From Methanothermobacter thermautotrophicus str. Delta H (lineage in GTDB: Archaea > Methanobacteriota > Methanobacteria > Methanobacteriales > Methanothermobacteraceae), in assembly GCF_000008645.1 (NCBI RefSeq), contig NC_000916.1:1560001-1592000 (forward strand): a stretch of DNA of 32,000 nucleotides. The letters are read 5' to 3'. Below are positions 28,679-32,000 of the stretch, in pieces. The notes under the pieces were generated by a model that did not search any database, was not told the origin of the DNA, and saw only the letters and a program-made list of their open reading frames with translations. Made by a program: the position numbers and the translations under genes. Each line of letters starts with the position of its first letter. Position 1 is the stretch's first letter.

Positions 28679-29182
28679 CTAGTCCTCCTGTTCAAGCTTC
28701 TGCCGGGCCTTCCTCTTCGCTGTAAGTATGCTGAGGATATCTGATCCCCTCTGGCCCTTGCTGACACCTGCCATCCGTGATACGAATTTCTTCTGCCTTT
28801 CAAGTTTGAGTTTCTCAGTGTCTATGACGCTGAGGGCCCTCTTTGAGCACGCCTTTACACATGCGGGGGTGTCAAGGTTCGGGCACTGGCTGCACTTCTG
28901 GGCCTTACGGTCCTCCATGACGACGGCGCCGAAGGGACACACCACCATGCAGAGGCCGCAGCCGATGCACCTCTCAGGGTCCACCTCATCATCAATTGCA
29001 TCGGTGGGGCAAACAGTTCTGCAGGGGGCGTCCTCGCACTGCTGGCAGATTATGGGGTAATAGACGTCGTCGAGTTCCCTTATCATTATGCGGGAGGCAC
29101 CGTAAAGTTTTTTACAGGCCTCTTCACAGTCCCTGCAGCCATCACAGAGCTCTGGCTGAATAACGATCTTCTGCAATTCCAT
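28679..29182 (-). CDS. porE: Polyferredoxin associated with pyruvate:ferredoxin oxidoreductase
   Basis: [35 protein letters not shown]; located between porB and porF. Confidence 0.8.
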   Translation of the reverse strand: MELQKIVIQPELCDGCRDCEEACKKLYGASRIMIRELDDVYYPIICQQCEDAPCRTVCPTDAIDDEVDPERCIGCGLCMVVCPFGAVVMEDRKAQKCSQCPNLDTPACVKACSKRALSVIDTEKLKLERQKKFVSRMAGVSKGQRGSDILSILTAKRKARQKLEQED

Positions 29183-29188
29183 CCCCCG

Positions 29189-30055
29189 CTATATCCTGAG
29201 TTCCTGGCATACACTGTCAACGTATTCCTGGATTCTGGCCTTCTGTTCCTCTGTGAGGTGTCTGAACCTTTTCTGTGCGTTGAGGTACTCCTCAACGGGT
29301 TTCCTCTGCACTGGTCTGTAGGTGACCCTGAAATCACCATCCTCTATCTCATAGAGTATCCAGGACCCGGTTTCAACTGCCAGCCTTCCGAGTTCCACTG
29401 TCTTCGCAGGATCAAAACCCCATCCGGTTGTGCATGGCTGGTGAAGGTGTATATAGGCAGGACCATCGGTTTCCTTGGCCTTTCTGACCTTCTCCATGAA
29501 GTCCTCAGGATATGATATTGATGCGGTGGCAACGTAGGGCACTCCATGGGCTGCCATTATGAGTGGCATGTTCTTCTTGGGTCTGTCCTCACCGAAGCTC
29601 TCCTTCCCATGGGGTGATGTGGTTGTTGAGGCACCGTAGGGTGTTGAGGCACTCCTCTGTATACCGGTGTTCATGTAGGCCTCGTTATCGTAGCAGATGT
29701 ATATGATGTTGTGGCCCCTCTCCATTGCACCGGATAGTGCCTGTAGTCCGATGTCTGCTGTTCCACCATCACCTGCAAAGGCCACTACGTTAACGTCATC
29801 CCTTCCCTTTGCCTTCAGAGCCCTTTCAACGCCTGATGCAACTGCAGCGGCGTTTTCAAATGCAACATGTATCCAGGGTATCCTCCATGCGGTTTCAGGG
29901 TAGGGTGTGGTGATAACTTCAAGGCAACCTGTTGATGATACTGCTACGGTGTTCTTTCCAAGAACCTTCAGGGCCAGCCTGACTCCAACTGTAGCACCGC
30001 ATCCTGCGCATCCACGGTGCCCTGGGGCCAGAAATTCTTCTTCAGGTATTTTCAT
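29189..30055 (-). CDS. porB: Pyruvate:ferredoxin oxidoreductase beta subunit
   Basis: [56 protein letters not shown] ThDP-binding region. Confidence 0.95.
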   Translation of the reverse strand: MKIPEEEFLAPGHRGCAGCGATVGVRLALKVLGKNTVAVSSTGCLEVITTPYPETAWRIPWIHVAFENAAAVASGVERALKAKGRDDVNVVAFAGDGGTADIGLQALSGAMERGHNIIYICYDNEAYMNTGIQRSASTPYGASTTTSPHGKESFGEDRPKKNMPLIMAAHGVPYVATASISYPEDFMEKVRKAKETDGPAYIHLHQPCTTGWGFDPAKTVELGRLAVETGSWILYEIEDGDFRVTYRPVQRKPVEEYLNAQKRFRHLTEEQKARIQEYVDSVCQELRI

Positions 30056-31203
30056 TCTGATTCCTCCTTGAGACCGATCCAGGTGACGCTCCTTTCAGGG
30101 TTTTCCGTCCTTCTAACTATTTCCTCGATGTGTGCGGGTGTTATGTCCCTTCCACCAAGGCCCACAATGAATCCATAAACTTCCCTGTCACGGAGCAGGG
30201 CACTTATCTCTGTGTAAAGGGCTCCGCCGACACTGAATGTTATGTTCTTATCGAGGACCGCTACTTTACTGGCATTCCTAACAGCACTTTTAATCTCCTC
30301 AGCCGGGAAGGGTCTGTGCACCCTGACCTTAAGTAGTCCAACGGCCTTTCCCTTATCCCGGAGTTCATCGATGACCTCCCTGAGGGTGCTGCAGACTGAA
30401 CCCATGGCCACCAGGATTATTTCTGCATCTTCACAGCGATATTCCTCAACAAGGCCGTACTCCCGGCCGAACATTTCGCTGAATTCCCTGCATGCCCTTT
30501 CAATGATCTTCCTTGAACGCTCCATGGCCTTCTCGACCTCATAGCGGGCCTCCATGTAATAGTCAGGGTCTGTGAAGGTACCCAGTGACATGGGCTCATC
30601 AGGGTCAAGCATTACCTGGGGCTGGAATTCAGGGAGGAAGCTGTCAACATCCTCCTGTGAGGGGATGTCCACGGGTTCAACTGTGTGGGTCAGGATGAAC
30701 CCATCGAGGCACACCATACTGGGCAGCAGAACATCCCTGTCCTCTGATACCCTGTAGGATAGAAGGACAGAATCGAGGGCTTCCTGTCCACTTTCAACGT
30801 ATATCTGCATCCACCCTGAGTCCCGCTCTGCTATTGAATCCTGCTGGTCATTCCATATGCTGAGGGGTGCGGAGAGGGCGCGGTTTGCATTTGCCATTAC
30901 GATGGGATTCCTGAGCCCTGCTGCAGCATAGACTATCTCATGCATAAGCGCCAGTCCCTGGGAGGAGGTTGCGGTGAAAACCCGAACTCCAGCTCCTGAG
31001 GCGCCCACGCATGCGCTCATTGCACTGTGCTCTGATTCAACCCTTATGTATTCTGCTTTGAGTTCGCCATCAGCCACGAATTTTGCAAGGTACTCTGAAA
31101 TTGAGGTCTGGGGTGTTATGGGGTAAACAGGAATGACCTTTGGTTTTGCAAGCTTTGCTGCTTCTGCAACGGCCTGATTTGCTGATATAACCTTAAGAAC
31201 CAT
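30052..31203 (-). CDS. porA: Pyruvate:ferredoxin oxidoreductase alpha subunit
   Basis: [57 protein letters not shown]. Confidence 0.95.
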   Translation of the reverse strand: MVLKVISANQAVAEAAKLAKPKVIPVYPITPQTSISEYLAKFVADGELKAEYIRVESEHSAMSACVGASGAGVRVFTATSSQGLALMHEIVYAAAGLRNPIVMANANRALSAPLSIWNDQQDSIAERDSGWMQIYVESGQEALDSVLLSYRVSEDRDVLLPSMVCLDGFILTHTVEPVDIPSQEDVDSFLPEFQPQVMLDPDEPMSLGTFTDPDYYMEARYEVEKAMERSRKIIERACREFSEMFGREYGLVEEYRCEDAEIILVAMGSVCSTLREVIDELRDKGKAVGLLKVRVHRPFPAEEIKSAVRNASKVAVLDKNITFSVGGALYTEISALLRDREVYGFIVGLGGRDITPAHIEEIVRRTENPERSVTWIGLKEESE

Positions 31204-31214
31204 TTAAGTCTCTC

Positions 31215-32000
<786 letters not shown>

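Noticed and set aside
27403-28744. Plus-strand ORFs 27403-27855 and 28256-28744
   Set aside because: Antisense to fumA and porF, whose protein motifs are clear; translations are non-specific.
28678-28803. N-terminal extension of porF ORF (start 28803)
   Set aside because: The extension overlaps porE and is unlike ferredoxins; ATG 28677 has an excellent ribosome-binding site (AGGAGG).

Overview
This 32 kb window is an archaeal methanogen chromosome. Gene content, order and codon style fit the Methanothermobacter lineage (inference from the sequence and family knowledge, no search run). From left to right it contains: the 3' part of a TadC/type II secretion F-like membrane protein; a cobalt/nickel ECF transporter operon cbiM-cbiN-cbiQ-cbiO (minus); the CO dehydrogenase/acetyl-CoA synthase operon cdhA-cdhB-cdhC-cooC-like-cdhD-cdhE-ferredoxin (plus); a HEAT-repeat protein; a terpenoid-cyclase-toroid-like protein next to a GT-C/STT3-like membrane protein; geranylgeranyl reductase and ferredoxin; tRNA-Leu(UAA) and tRNA-Thr(GGU); a metallophosphoesterase; a membrane protein plus HTH-PhoU regulator; a 2TM protein; a short citrate synthase/citryl-CoA lyase family protein; a phosphate cluster pstS-pstS-pstC-pstA-pstB-phoU-hypothetical-phoU; and the fumA-porF-porE-porB-porA-porG cluster (minus). 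I see no CRISPR array, transposon or obvious defence island. The most interesting non-coding signal is a compact pseudoknot-capable inverted-repeat element (3585-3649) between the divergent cobalt/nickel transporter and cdh operons. Other notable items are a four-copy 12-aa histidine-rich (HxxxH) C-terminal repeat on CbiO, possible phosphate-regulatory direct repeats before pstS, a frame-disrupted junction at about 13.95-14.04 kb, and a 56-nt tandem duplication at the 3' end of phoU next to an unlisted 52-aa membrane ORF.
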